A stretch of DNA of 64,000 bases from a virus: IMG/VR virus record IMGVR_UViG_3300034107_000273, positions 1 to 64,000 of that record; one strand, written 5' to 3'. The notes below the pieces were generated by a model that saw only the letters and a list, made by a program, of their open reading frames with translations, was not told the origin of the DNA and did not search any database. Both the position numbers and the translations under genes were made by a program. Below, piece by piece: positions 56,801 through 64,000 of this stretch (positions are counted from its first letter, which is position 1; each line of letters opens with the position of its first letter).

Positions 56801-57440
56801 AGTTAAAGGATCAGTAGAAGCAATCATTGAAATTGCTAAAAAAGAACTAGGAACTATTGAAGGACCAAAAGATAATGAAACAAAGTACGGTGCATGGATT
56901 AAGGTTAATTTTCAACCATGGTGTCAATCATTTGTTTCGTGGTGTGCATTTACAGCGGGAGTTAAATCATTCCCAAAGTCTGCTTCAACAGTAGCAGCAT
57001 CAGATCAGTTCAAGAAAGAAGGACGTTGGTCAGATGCACGTAATGATGACCCAATGCCAGGAGACTGGATCTATTTTGATTTTCCAGAAGATGGAGTAAA
57101 TCGTATTTCACATGTTGGTATTTGTATTAAAAATAATGGTGATGGAACTATTCAAGTTATTGAAGGAAACACTTCAGGAACTGCAAAGGGAGATCAGAGA
57201 AACGGCGGAATGTGCGTTGAGAAGACTCGTGGATACGTCAAGAACAATAAGAAGAAGTTAGTAAATGCTGTTGTTGGTTGGGGTCGTCCAGTATATACTG
57301 GTGAAGAGAATGCTCCACTGCTAAATAAGTTGGCAGCAACACCAGTTACGTCTACATCTCCAGATGCTGCTAAGAAAGATGCAAAGGCTGCTGCTAAGAA
57401 ATCTTCTGGTGGCGGAGGAAAAGGTAAGGTAGCACTATAA
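56796..57440 (+). CDS. CHAP-domain endolysin
   Basis: QPWCQSFVSW, PGD, SHVG, IEGNT. Confidence 0.88.
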   Translation: MSVKGSVEAIIEIAKKELGTIEGPKDNETKYGAWIKVNFQPWCQSFVSWCAFTAGVKSFPKSASTVAASDQFKKEGRWSDARNDDPMPGDWIYFDFPEDGVNRISHVGICIKNNGDGTIQVIEGNTSGTAKGDQRNGGMCVEKTRGYVKNNKKKLVNAVVGWGRPVYTGEENAPLLNKLAATPVTSTSPDAAKKDAKAAAKKSSGGGGKGKVAL

Positions 57441-57658
57441 TGGATTCTAGAAGAAAGTCATTACTAAAAACCATAAGCTGGCCCTTTGTACATTTTACTT
57501 TTGTTGCTGGAATAATTTATTCTTTGCTTAAGCATTTTACTGGGGAAGCAGAATGGGAATATGTTGGTCTATACGGACTAATGTACCTTACATTAGAAAT
57601 GACTTTCTTCTTTATTCATGAGCGAGTTTGGTCTAAATTTGGTAAAAAGGTAAAGTAA
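57440..57658 (+). CDS. DUF2061-like membrane protein
   Basis: SLLKTISW...HERVW. Confidence 0.75.
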   Translation: MDSRRKSLLKTISWPFVHFTFVAGIIYSLLKHFTGEAEWEYVGLYGLMYLTLEMTFFFIHERVWSKFGKKVK

Positions 57659-58239
57659 TGAAAGTTCTAGGGGATAAAATTTTTATTATAGAAAATTTTA
57701 TATCTGTTGATACTGCAAACTTTTTAGTAGATTCATTTACTGAGAATATACAGCCAACAGTTCACCCTGGAATATACAGCGGACCAGGCCAAGGAGACAA
57801 TGAAGCCTATAAAATCAGTGGTCAACACAAGATCAAGCAATATGATTCAAAAAATAACATTGCTATTGATATAATGACAAGTCTTTGTCCAAGTATGGAA
57901 AAGGTTATGTCTAATGTATTCAATAAAAACCTACAATTAAAGTCTATTTCTTATGTTCATATGAAATCAGGTGGAAAAAATGATCTTCACTATGATAACT
58001 ATAGTGAAGAATACAAGGATGATTACTCAGGTATTTTATATTTAACAGATAAATACTTAGGTGGCGCTTTAAATTTTCCTAACAATGACATAAAAATAGA
58101 GCCTAAAATAGGAGATTTTATATGTTTTGTTGGTGACAACGAACTAGAGCATGAGGTTCAAGAAGTAATTCAAGGAGATCGTGTTAATCTAGTATGTTTT
58201 TTTAATGAAAAAGGAAAAGATATATATGCCAATCTATGA
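57658..58239 (+). CDS. 2OG-Fe(II) oxygenase
   Basis: HYD, LYLTDKYLGG, HEV...GDR. Confidence 0.85.
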   Translation: MKVLGDKIFIIENFISVDTANFLVDSFTENIQPTVHPGIYSGPGQGDNEAYKISGQHKIKQYDSKNNIAIDIMTSLCPSMEKVMSNVFNKNLQLKSISYVHMKSGGKNDLHYDNYSEEYKDDYSGILYLTDKYLGGALNFPNNDIKIEPKIGDFICFVGDNELEHEVQEVIQGDRVNLVCFFNEKGKDIYANL

Positions 58240-58411
58240 ATATAAATGTTTAAATGAATGTAATGGAATAGTAAACAAACAAAGATCTATAACTGAATCA
58301 GATCCAGGATATCTCTGTGAGACTTGCAATGTTCAACTAGAACGTGTATACTCTAATATAGGAGCAGTATTCAACGGTAGTGGATTTTATTCCACTGATA
58401 ATAGAAAGTAG
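58226..58411 (+). CDS. FmdB-family zinc-ribbon protein
   Basis: MPIYEYKC...CETC...FNGSGFYSTD. Confidence 0.85.
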   Translation: MPIYEYKCLNECNGIVNKQRSITESDPGYLCETCNVQLERVYSNIGAVFNGSGFYSTDNRK

Positions 58412-58429
58412 GAGTATACTATTAACACA

Positions 58430-58678
58430 ATGATTACAGAACAAGAAGATAAAAAAGACTGGGTATTAAAGGCTACAGATCGTTGCGATTCTTGTGCAGC
58501 AGAAGCCCTTGTTCAGGTTACTGGAATTGAAGGTGTTTTAACATTTTGTGGGCATCACTATAATAAAATTATGAACAATCCAGATGGATACAAGAAGATG
58601 ATGTCTTTTGCAATAAGTATTATTGATGAAAGAGATAAGCTTATTCAGAACAAGTTAAAGGATGAAGATTATGTATGA
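58430..58678 (+). CDS. Small zinc-binding protein
   Basis: DRCDSCAAEA...LTFCGHH. Confidence 0.75.
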   Translation: MITEQEDKKDWVLKATDRCDSCAAEALVQVTGIEGVLTFCGHHYNKIMNNPDGYKKMMSFAISIIDERDKLIQNKLKDEDYV

Positions 58679-59078
58679 GTACTATGTTCGTAAAGTAGAG
58701 AATGTCGTAGATGGAGATACCATTGATGTTCTTATTGATTTAGGGTTTGATATTTTATTTCAATCACGTGTTAGATTAGCTGGCATTGATACCCCTGAGT
58801 CTCGCACAAAGGATCTTAAAGAGAAGGCTTTGGGGCTTGAGTCTAAAGAATATCTAAAGAAGCATTTAAAGGATGCTAAGTCTGTTGTCATTAAGACTGA
58901 AAAAATGGATTCCTCTGAAAAGTATGGTCGCATTCTTGGCTGGGTATATATTAATGGTGACACAGAATCTCTTAATGATAAGATGATTAATGATGGATAT
59001 GCTTGGGGATATATGGGTGATACTAAAGTTAAAGACTTTGATGCTCTTGAAAAAGCAAGAAAGAAGTCTGGTAAATGA
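58671..59078 (+). CDS. Thermonuclease (SNase-like)
   Basis: VVDGDT, RVRLAGIDTPE, KYGRILG. Confidence 0.9.
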   Translation: MYEYYVRKVENVVDGDTIDVLIDLGFDILFQSRVRLAGIDTPESRTKDLKEKALGLESKEYLKKHLKDAKSVVIKTEKMDSSEKYGRILGWVYINGDTESLNDKMINDGYAWGYMGDTKVKDFDALEKARKKSGK

Positions 59079-59326
59079 CACACGTACTTTACTTCACCGC
59101 TGACTGGTGTAATCCTTGTCAACGCACTAGACCAATTACAGATGAGCTTAAGCGTGAAGGAATAATTGATTTTTTATATGTTGATGTAGATACAGAGATA
59201 GAGTTATCAGAAGAGTTTGGCATTAAATCTATACCAACCTACATATTAATTGAAGATGGCATAGAGGTTAAAAGAATGAATGGTGCAAAAACTCGTCAAG
59301 AATTCTTGGACTTCATGGATGTTTGA
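59075..59326 (+). CDS. Thioredoxin
   Basis: FTADWCNPC, IKSIPT. Confidence 0.88.
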   Translation: MTHVLYFTADWCNPCQRTRPITDELKREGIIDFLYVDVDTEIELSEEFGIKSIPTYILIEDGIEVKRMNGAKTRQEFLDFMDV

Positions 59327-59663
59327 TGATGATGCCATAAGTCAGATAATAGATGACTTAATTCTTGAGGGTGGATTAGAGGTTGCAGGTATTGATCCTG
59401 ATAGTGGAGAAATGTTATATTCTTTTACTCCAAAGGTTAAAGAACTAATGCCTGAACTATATGAAGATCACTTAAATTTTGTTAATGCTGAACTTATGGT
59501 CCTGTGGGAAAAAGGGTATGTTAATATAGACTTCTTTAAAGAAGACCCATTAATCTCACTAACAAATAAGGCTCATGATCCAGACGAGGTAGCCAAGCTT
59601 TCAAAGCAGGAGAAATGGTCTCTTCAGGAGCTAAAAAGAGTTGTAAAGTCTCAAGAATTCTGA
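59319..59663 (+). CDS. Hypothetical protein
   Basis: Coupled ORF LILEGGLEVAGID...LWEKG. Confidence 0.7.
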   Translation: MFDDDAISQIIDDLILEGGLEVAGIDPDSGEMLYSFTPKVKELMPELYEDHLNFVNAELMVLWEKGYVNIDFFKEDPLISLTNKAHDPDEVAKLSKQEKWSLQELKRVVKSQEF

Positions 59664-59675
59664 TATAATCATTGT

Positions 59676-60734
59676 ATGCCATATCGTGTAGGTGCTAAAG
59701 GAAGTTACGGTTGCTCAGGATACCCTGCGTTAAAAGAGGGTACCAATGAAGTAATGGGCTGTCATACCTCTAGATCAGAAGCAGCAGCACAAATATATGC
59801 AATTAATCGTAGCGAAGGAAACATAGGTAAGAGTATGCCAAATCTAAAAGAAGGCGATTACGCCATGACAGCACACGGATCTGATGAAGAGGTCCACATT
59901 GGTCAAGTAATTCATGTTATGCGTGAAGGCATGCTTGGTGTTCCTGGAGGAGAGTACTCATTAGAAGCATCCGCAGAAAACCCAGCGGTACTAATTCAGT
60001 TATTTGAACAAGATGAAAATGGTTTATGGGAAGCAACCAACCTATATACAGGATGCATGATGTCGCTCATGGTTGCAATTGATCCACTACCACAAGAACC
60101 AACTGAAGAAGAAGTTGCAATGGGTATGTACGATGCATCAATTGGAAAATCAGAATGTTGCCCAGAAGATATTTCTAAGCAAGCACCTTGTTGGGATGGT
60201 TATGTACAACGTGGAATGAAGCCAGGAAAAGATGGCAAGAAAGTTCCTAACTGTGTACCTGCTGCAAAGGCAGATGATTTATTTGAAGATGATGACACAG
60301 TTGAATATGAGACTGATACAGTTTCTAAGGCTGAAGGCTACTCGCCACCAGCAGGAGCAAGATCTGCTGCTCGCAGAGCAATTAAGTTTAAAGAAGATGG
60401 TAAGGCAACTGGTGCAGGAACTGCAGTTGGTTGGACTCGTGCAGGCCAGTTAGCAAGAGGAGAAACTATTTCTCTCAGCACTGTTAAGAGAATGTACTCA
60501 TACTTCTCACGCCATGAGGTAGACAAAAAGGGCAAGGACTGGGGTAACTCAGCAAATCCTTCTAATGGATATATCATGTGGTTAGCATGGGGTGGAGATG
60601 CAGGATTCTCTTGGTCAAGAGGAATTGTTAATCGTGAAAAAGATAAGGCTTTGTTTGCTGACTTTGGTAAAGACTACACAACATCTCAGTCATTGACGCA
60701 TATATTTAAGCCAAAAGAAAATGGTAATCAATAA
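59676..60734 (+). CDS. Multi-module protein, probably head-associated
   Basis: Four discrete modules joined at Lys-Ser/Ala/Gln sites; leaderless promoter TGATATAAT 59661. Confidence 0.7.
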   Translation: MPYRVGAKGSYGCSGYPALKEGTNEVMGCHTSRSEAAAQIYAINRSEGNIGKSMPNLKEGDYAMTAHGSDEEVHIGQVIHVMREGMLGVPGGEYSLEASAENPAVLIQLFEQDENGLWEATNLYTGCMMSLMVAIDPLPQEPTEEEVAMGMYDASIGKSECCPEDISKQAPCWDGYVQRGMKPGKDGKKVPNCVPAAKADDLFEDDDTVEYETDTVSKAEGYSPPAGARSAARRAIKFKEDGKATGAGTAVGWTRAGQLARGETISLSTVKRMYSYFSRHEVDKKGKDWGNSANPSNGYIMWLAWGGDAGFSWSRGIVNREKDKALFADFGKDYTTSQSLTHIFKPKENGNQ

Positions 60735-60865
60735 TGCCAAAAAAGAAGGCTGGATCATTTAATGCAACACAAATTAAAGATGGAAAGGTTGTTCGTTTAA
60801 ATAAAAACGGTACAATTAAATCTATTATTAGTGACTATATTGTAAAACATCCTAAGAAAGATTAA
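60734..60865 (+). CDS. Small basic protein (43 aa)
   Basis: TAATG coupling; MPKKKAGSFNATQIKDGKVVRLNKNGT. Confidence 0.55.
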   Translation: MPKKKAGSFNATQIKDGKVVRLNKNGTIKSIISDYIVKHPKKD

Positions 60866-60884
60866 TCTATTTAACGGGGAGAGC

Positions 60885-61304
60885 ATGACATATATATTAG
60901 CCATTGGCTTGACATTGCTGTCTATATCCTCTATAATTATAATAGCAGTAAAAAGAAGTAAAAAGTATTTTACTAAAGTTGTATATACACAAAGTGATAT
61001 ACATCAAATAGTAAAAAACTTTATTCCAAAAGATCTTTTTGAAATGCCAAAACCGCTTTCTCAAGCAAGAAAGCATATACGTAATAATACAGTAAAGGTT
61101 TTGATAATAGAAGATCAGGCATATTGGGTACATAACAATATGTTTTATGTGGCTGATACAGTTGAAGGACTAGTAAGTCCAGAAACAGTCAGGCCAGTTG
61201 ATACAAACAATATGTCAAAGCGAGATATTGATAAGATGCTATTCATTTTGGATAGCTTAAAGAATGGGAATTCTGATGATAGTAGCAGTACATGGAACAA
61301 CTGA
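60885..61304 (+). CDS. Membrane-anchored hypothetical protein
   Basis: N-terminal TM segment; SD GGGGAG. Confidence 0.7.
   Translation: MTYILAIGLTLLSISSIIIIAVKRSKKYFTKVVYTQSDIHQIVKNFIPKDLFEMPKPLSQARKHIRNNTVKVLIIEDQAYWVHNNMFYVADTVEGLVSPETVRPVDTNNMSKRDIDKMLFILDSLKNGNSDDSSSTWNN
60909..60937 (+). promoter_or_regulatory. Consensus SigA promoter inside a CDS
   Basis: TTGACA-N17-TATAAT. Confidence 0.6.
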
Positions 61305-61626
61305 CTTTGATGATTATCAAGTCTTTCTTCGTGCTATGGGTGTTGCTCTTTCTGGAATGCAAGACGGAGAAAAAGAGTTTATAGTTTATTCAGCAGGTCC
61401 AGCATCTGTTAATTCTTTCGTATCTGAATTCTGTAACCTTTCTGAAAGAGGAATGAAATCTCGTGGCCGTAAGATTAAATTTATGCAGGTACCTACATGG
61501 TACATTGAAGAAAACATTAATAGTGTAAATTATCTTGTATTTCTTAGCAAGCCTAAGCAGCCTGTATCAAAACTTGTTACAACTGCTGAACAAAATAACA
61601 TTGAAGTTGGAATTTTCCGATACTAA
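61276..61626 (+). CDS. Hypothetical protein, YspA/SLOG-like
   Basis: MIVAVHGTTDFDDY. Confidence 0.55.
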   Translation: MIVAVHGTTDFDDYQVFLRAMGVALSGMQDGEKEFIVYSAGPASVNSFVSEFCNLSERGMKSRGRKIKFMQVPTWYIEENINSVNYLVFLSKPKQPVSKLVTTAEQNNIEVGIFRY

Positions 61627-61636
61627 AGGGGTAAAA

Positions 61637-61846
61637 ATGATAGTAAATAATTTAGAAACAATGGAAAAGATTGTGTCAAAGAACTACAATCTTCATTGGG
61701 ATGGTTGGACAGTAGTAGAAACAAAACAGTCTGATATGGCAAAGACTGCAATTAATGGAATTTATCGTAAAGGTAAGTGGTTCTTAGCAAAGAATTTTGT
61801 ACCTGATCGTAAAGGCTGGGATATTCCAAACAGATATAAGGTATAA
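61637..61846 (+). CDS. Hypothetical protein
   Basis: LHWDGWTVV; SD AGGGG. Confidence 0.7.
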   Translation: MIVNNLETMEKIVSKNYNLHWDGWTVVETKQSDMAKTAINGIYRKGKWFLAKNFVPDRKGWDIPNRYKV

Positions 61847-61848
61847 AT

Positions 61849-62136
61849 ATGAAGCAACACTTATGGAAAGATGAAGGTGCTTGCTTTGATATGGACACAA
61901 ATTTATTTTTTGATAAATATGAAGACGATGAATTGATTAGACCAATAATAGATAATCTTTGTCAATCATGTCCAGTTCAAAGAATATGTTTTGCCAATGG
62001 TGTATCTGGTAAAGAGTGGGGAATTTGGGGCGGTATTTACCTAGAAAATGGTGAAATATCTAGAGAGTTTAGTAAACATAGAACAAAAGAAAAGTGGGGT
62101 GAAGTATGGAAATCTCTAACAATGGAGAAGAATTAA
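61849..62136 (+). CDS. whiB: WhiB-family transcription factor
   Basis: W...AC...FF...CQSCPVQRIC...WGIWGG. Confidence 0.9.
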   Translation: MKQHLWKDEGACFDMDTNLFFDKYEDDELIRPIIDNLCQSCPVQRICFANGVSGKEWGIWGGIYLENGEISREFSKHRTKEKWGEVWKSLTMEKN

Positions 62137-62408
62137 CAAGCTTTGAAGCAATGTCTTCTATACTTGGTGAGCTTTGGATGGACTATAAGTCTGACAAATA
62201 CTTCAAAGACTTTATTGAGTATAATGATATTGGATTACCAATTGCATTTTTAGTTGATAATGAACTTGTAGAACCAACACAATTAGCTAAGCAATATGTT
62301 TATGAAACTTGGAATATATTTTTAGCAGCATTAGAAATTACAGAAGATCTTGGCTGGGAATCTCTTGAAGAGATTTTTAATTTTGTAGAAAAGAAAAATC
62401 AAAAATAA
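62106..62408 (+). CDS. Hypothetical protein
   Basis: ILGELW...YNDIGLPIA. Confidence 0.7.
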   Translation: MEISNNGEELTSFEAMSSILGELWMDYKSDKYFKDFIEYNDIGLPIAFLVDNELVEPTQLAKQYVYETWNIFLAALEITEDLGWESLEEIFNFVEKKNQK

Positions 62409-62638
62409 TGTATACAGATACTATGCGTAGAGCAGTTCGTTCTATTACTTCTCCTAAAAATTTTGGAGTAGAGATTATTGATAATGAACATTTTTTAACT
62501 ATTAAATTAAACGAATATGACTTTATTACAATGAATCATGATGAAAAAATCCAAGCATTACAGTATGTTGTACAACTTAAAAGTGCATTAGAGATGGAAG
62601 GTGCTATAGTGTTAGTTACAAGGGAGCCTATAAAATAA
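62408..62638 (+). CDS. Hypothetical protein
   Basis: Coupled ORF. Confidence 0.7.
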   Translation: MYTDTMRRAVRSITSPKNFGVEIIDNEHFLTIKLNEYDFITMNHDEKIQALQYVVQLKSALEMEGAIVLVTREPIK

Positions 62639-63048
62639 TGACAACTGTAGAAATAATCTTAAGTATACTATCTGTATTTTTGTTTATTGTATCTATTAGA
62701 TTAACCTTCAGAGTATATAATCTAATAAATAGAATAAGTATATTGTCTGTGGCTTATGCTAAAATTGAATCATTAACTTCTTTAAAAGACAATAATGATA
62801 TGAATAATGATGTTCATAAAGAGAACTTTATTAAATTCTTATCAGATTCTCGTGATTGGGCATATCAATATATCAAAGATGTTCAAGACAGTTTAGAAAA
62901 GTTTGTAAACGAAGTTGAGCCAGAGATTGCATATTTTGATGAGTACGGACTTGTTGGTGATGCATACCCACATTATCACTCAATGAAAAAAATATCATCA
63001 GAGTATAAAGAATTAAAGAAGTTGTTACCAAGTGAGGAAACAAAATGA
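62638..63048 (+). CDS. Membrane-anchored hypothetical protein
   Basis: N-terminal TM segment; FIKFLSDSRDWAYQYI. Confidence 0.7.
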   Translation: MTTVEIILSILSVFLFIVSIRLTFRVYNLINRISILSVAYAKIESLTSLKDNNDMNNDVHKENFIKFLSDSRDWAYQYIKDVQDSLEKFVNEVEPEIAYFDEYGLVGDAYPHYHSMKKISSEYKELKKLLPSEETK

Positions 63049-63203
63049 AAGATATTTTATTATCAACATTAACAGGTTTTGGATGTGGTGTCGTGTTTGC
63101 TGCATTCAAATTACCAGTCCCAGCTCCACCAGTTTTTGCGGGAGTCGCAGGAATTATTGGACTATGGATTGGTTTTACAATACTAACACGAATTATATCC
63201 TAG
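63045..63203 (+). CDS. XapX/DUF1427-like small membrane protein (not in the ORF track)
   Basis: GVVFAAFKLPVPAPPVFAGVAGIIGLWIG. Confidence 0.75.
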   Translation: MKDILLSTLTGFGCGVVFAAFKLPVPAPPVFAGVAGIIGLWIGFTILTRIIS

Positions 63204-63211
63204 GAGGAAAA

Positions 63212-63514
63212 ATGAATACAACACAACTAAAGGCACTACTTGCATCATATGGACGATCAGTTCTTGCTTCAGGTCTTGCCCTATATATGGCAGGCGTTAC
63301 AGATCCAAAGGATCTATGGACAGCACTAGTTGCTGCACTAGCACCAGTTGCAATTAGAGCAATCAACCCTAACGACAAGGCTTTTGGTATCTTGCCAGAT
63401 GCTAGCGCCGTAGAAGAGGCTCTGAAGGCTGCTAAGGCACCTGCAAAGGCACCTGCAAAGAAGACTGCTAACCCAAAGGTTGCAACAAGAGCAGATAAGA
63501 AAGCTCCAAAGTAA
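63212..63514 (+). CDS. Holin-like membrane protein
   Basis: SD AGGAGG; two hydrophobic segments, NPNDKAFG, basic tail. Confidence 0.6.
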   Translation: MNTTQLKALLASYGRSVLASGLALYMAGVTDPKDLWTALVAALAPVAIRAINPNDKAFGILPDASAVEEALKAAKAPAKAPAKKTANPKVATRADKKAPK

Positions 63515-63529
63515 TTAATAAAAAATAGA

Positions 63530-63560
63530 GGGGCCAGTCTAGAAATAGGCTGGCCCTTTT
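63530..63560 (+). terminator. Intrinsic terminator
   Basis: GGGCCAGTCTA-GAAA-TAGGCTGGCCC-TTTT. Confidence 0.8.
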
Positions 63561-63579
63561 ACTGCTATAATTAAAACAT

Positions 63580-64000
63580 ATGTCAAAAACAGCTCTCATA
63601 ATGTGTACTTATATAAGGTTTGAAAACCTTAAAATGACTTTAGGATGCCTACAAAGGCAAACTAATCAAGACTTTGATTTTTATATAGTTGATAATTCTA
63701 ATAGACATGATAAACTATTAGGGTATATTAAAAAATTTGGCAACGGAATTGATGTAACTGTACATAACTACCAGAATGACTTTAAACAATTTGCTAGGTT
63801 CTTGTTAGCAAGAGAACTGGCTGAACAAGGATATGAAAAGATAATCTTTATTGATGATGATGAGATTATTCCAGATACTTTTATACAAGAGTGTCATGAT
63901 CAGTATGAAGAAAATTCTGTTAAAACATTTTGGGCTCATTTTGTAGATAGTATATACAATAAAAAAATAAAATTAGAACATAACGAAATAGGAAACTATG
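63580..64000 (+). CDS. Family 2 glycosyltransferase (partial)
   Basis: IMCTY, IVDNS, IFIDDDE; leaderless promoter TGCTATAAT 63563. Confidence 0.8.
   Translation, partial: MSKTALIMCTYIRFENLKMTLGCLQRQTNQDFDFYIVDNSNRHDKLLGYIKKFGNGIDVTVHNYQNDFKQFARFLLARELAEQGYEKIIFIDDDEIIPDTFIQECHDQYEENSVKTFWAHFVDSIYNKKIKLEHNEIGNY

Noticed and set aside
1-64000. Alternative genetic code, integrase, tRNA genes or diversity-generating retroelement
   Set aside because: Standard code gives dense, intact genes; no integrase, reverse transcriptase, template/variable repeat pair or tRNA was recognised by eye

Overview
This 64 kb window is a low-GC segment of a large tailed dsDNA phage of siphovirus type, and every credible gene is on the + strand. 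WhiB, DnaE, NrdJ, an Ntn peptidase, PstS and many leaderless extended -10 promoters point to an actinobacterial host, probably a low-GC freshwater lineage (inference). Gene order: end of a virion protein gene, class II RNR, head module (portal, protease with nested scaffold, MCP), neck and tail, a 3303-aa tape measure protein (TMP), tail tip and fibres, replication and recombination (DnaB, primase, SSB, DnaE, MazG, RecA, resolvases, Cas4-like), terminase, a host-surface module, accessory genes (peptidase, Hsp20, PstS, HNH, CHAP endolysin, 2OG oxygenases, SNase, thioredoxin), a WhiB cluster and a partial glycosyltransferase. The main finding is that the TMP looks like a modular effector-delivery polyprotein. 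A repeated [FY]xxGG / GxGTxTSDSIPAxLSxGEYVI linker separates a HipA/PI3K-like kinase domain and two ADP-ribosyltransferase-like domains, which could be ejected with the DNA. Other findings: the tail-chaperone frameshift replaced by gene duplication, anti-SD arms inside promoter spacers, a ROSE-like thermometer before hsp20, PHO-box-like repeats before pstS, a stand-alone structured sRNA, an ATT-initiated surface protein, and a candidate head-packaged polyprotein. All calls come from reading motifs by eye; no searches were run.
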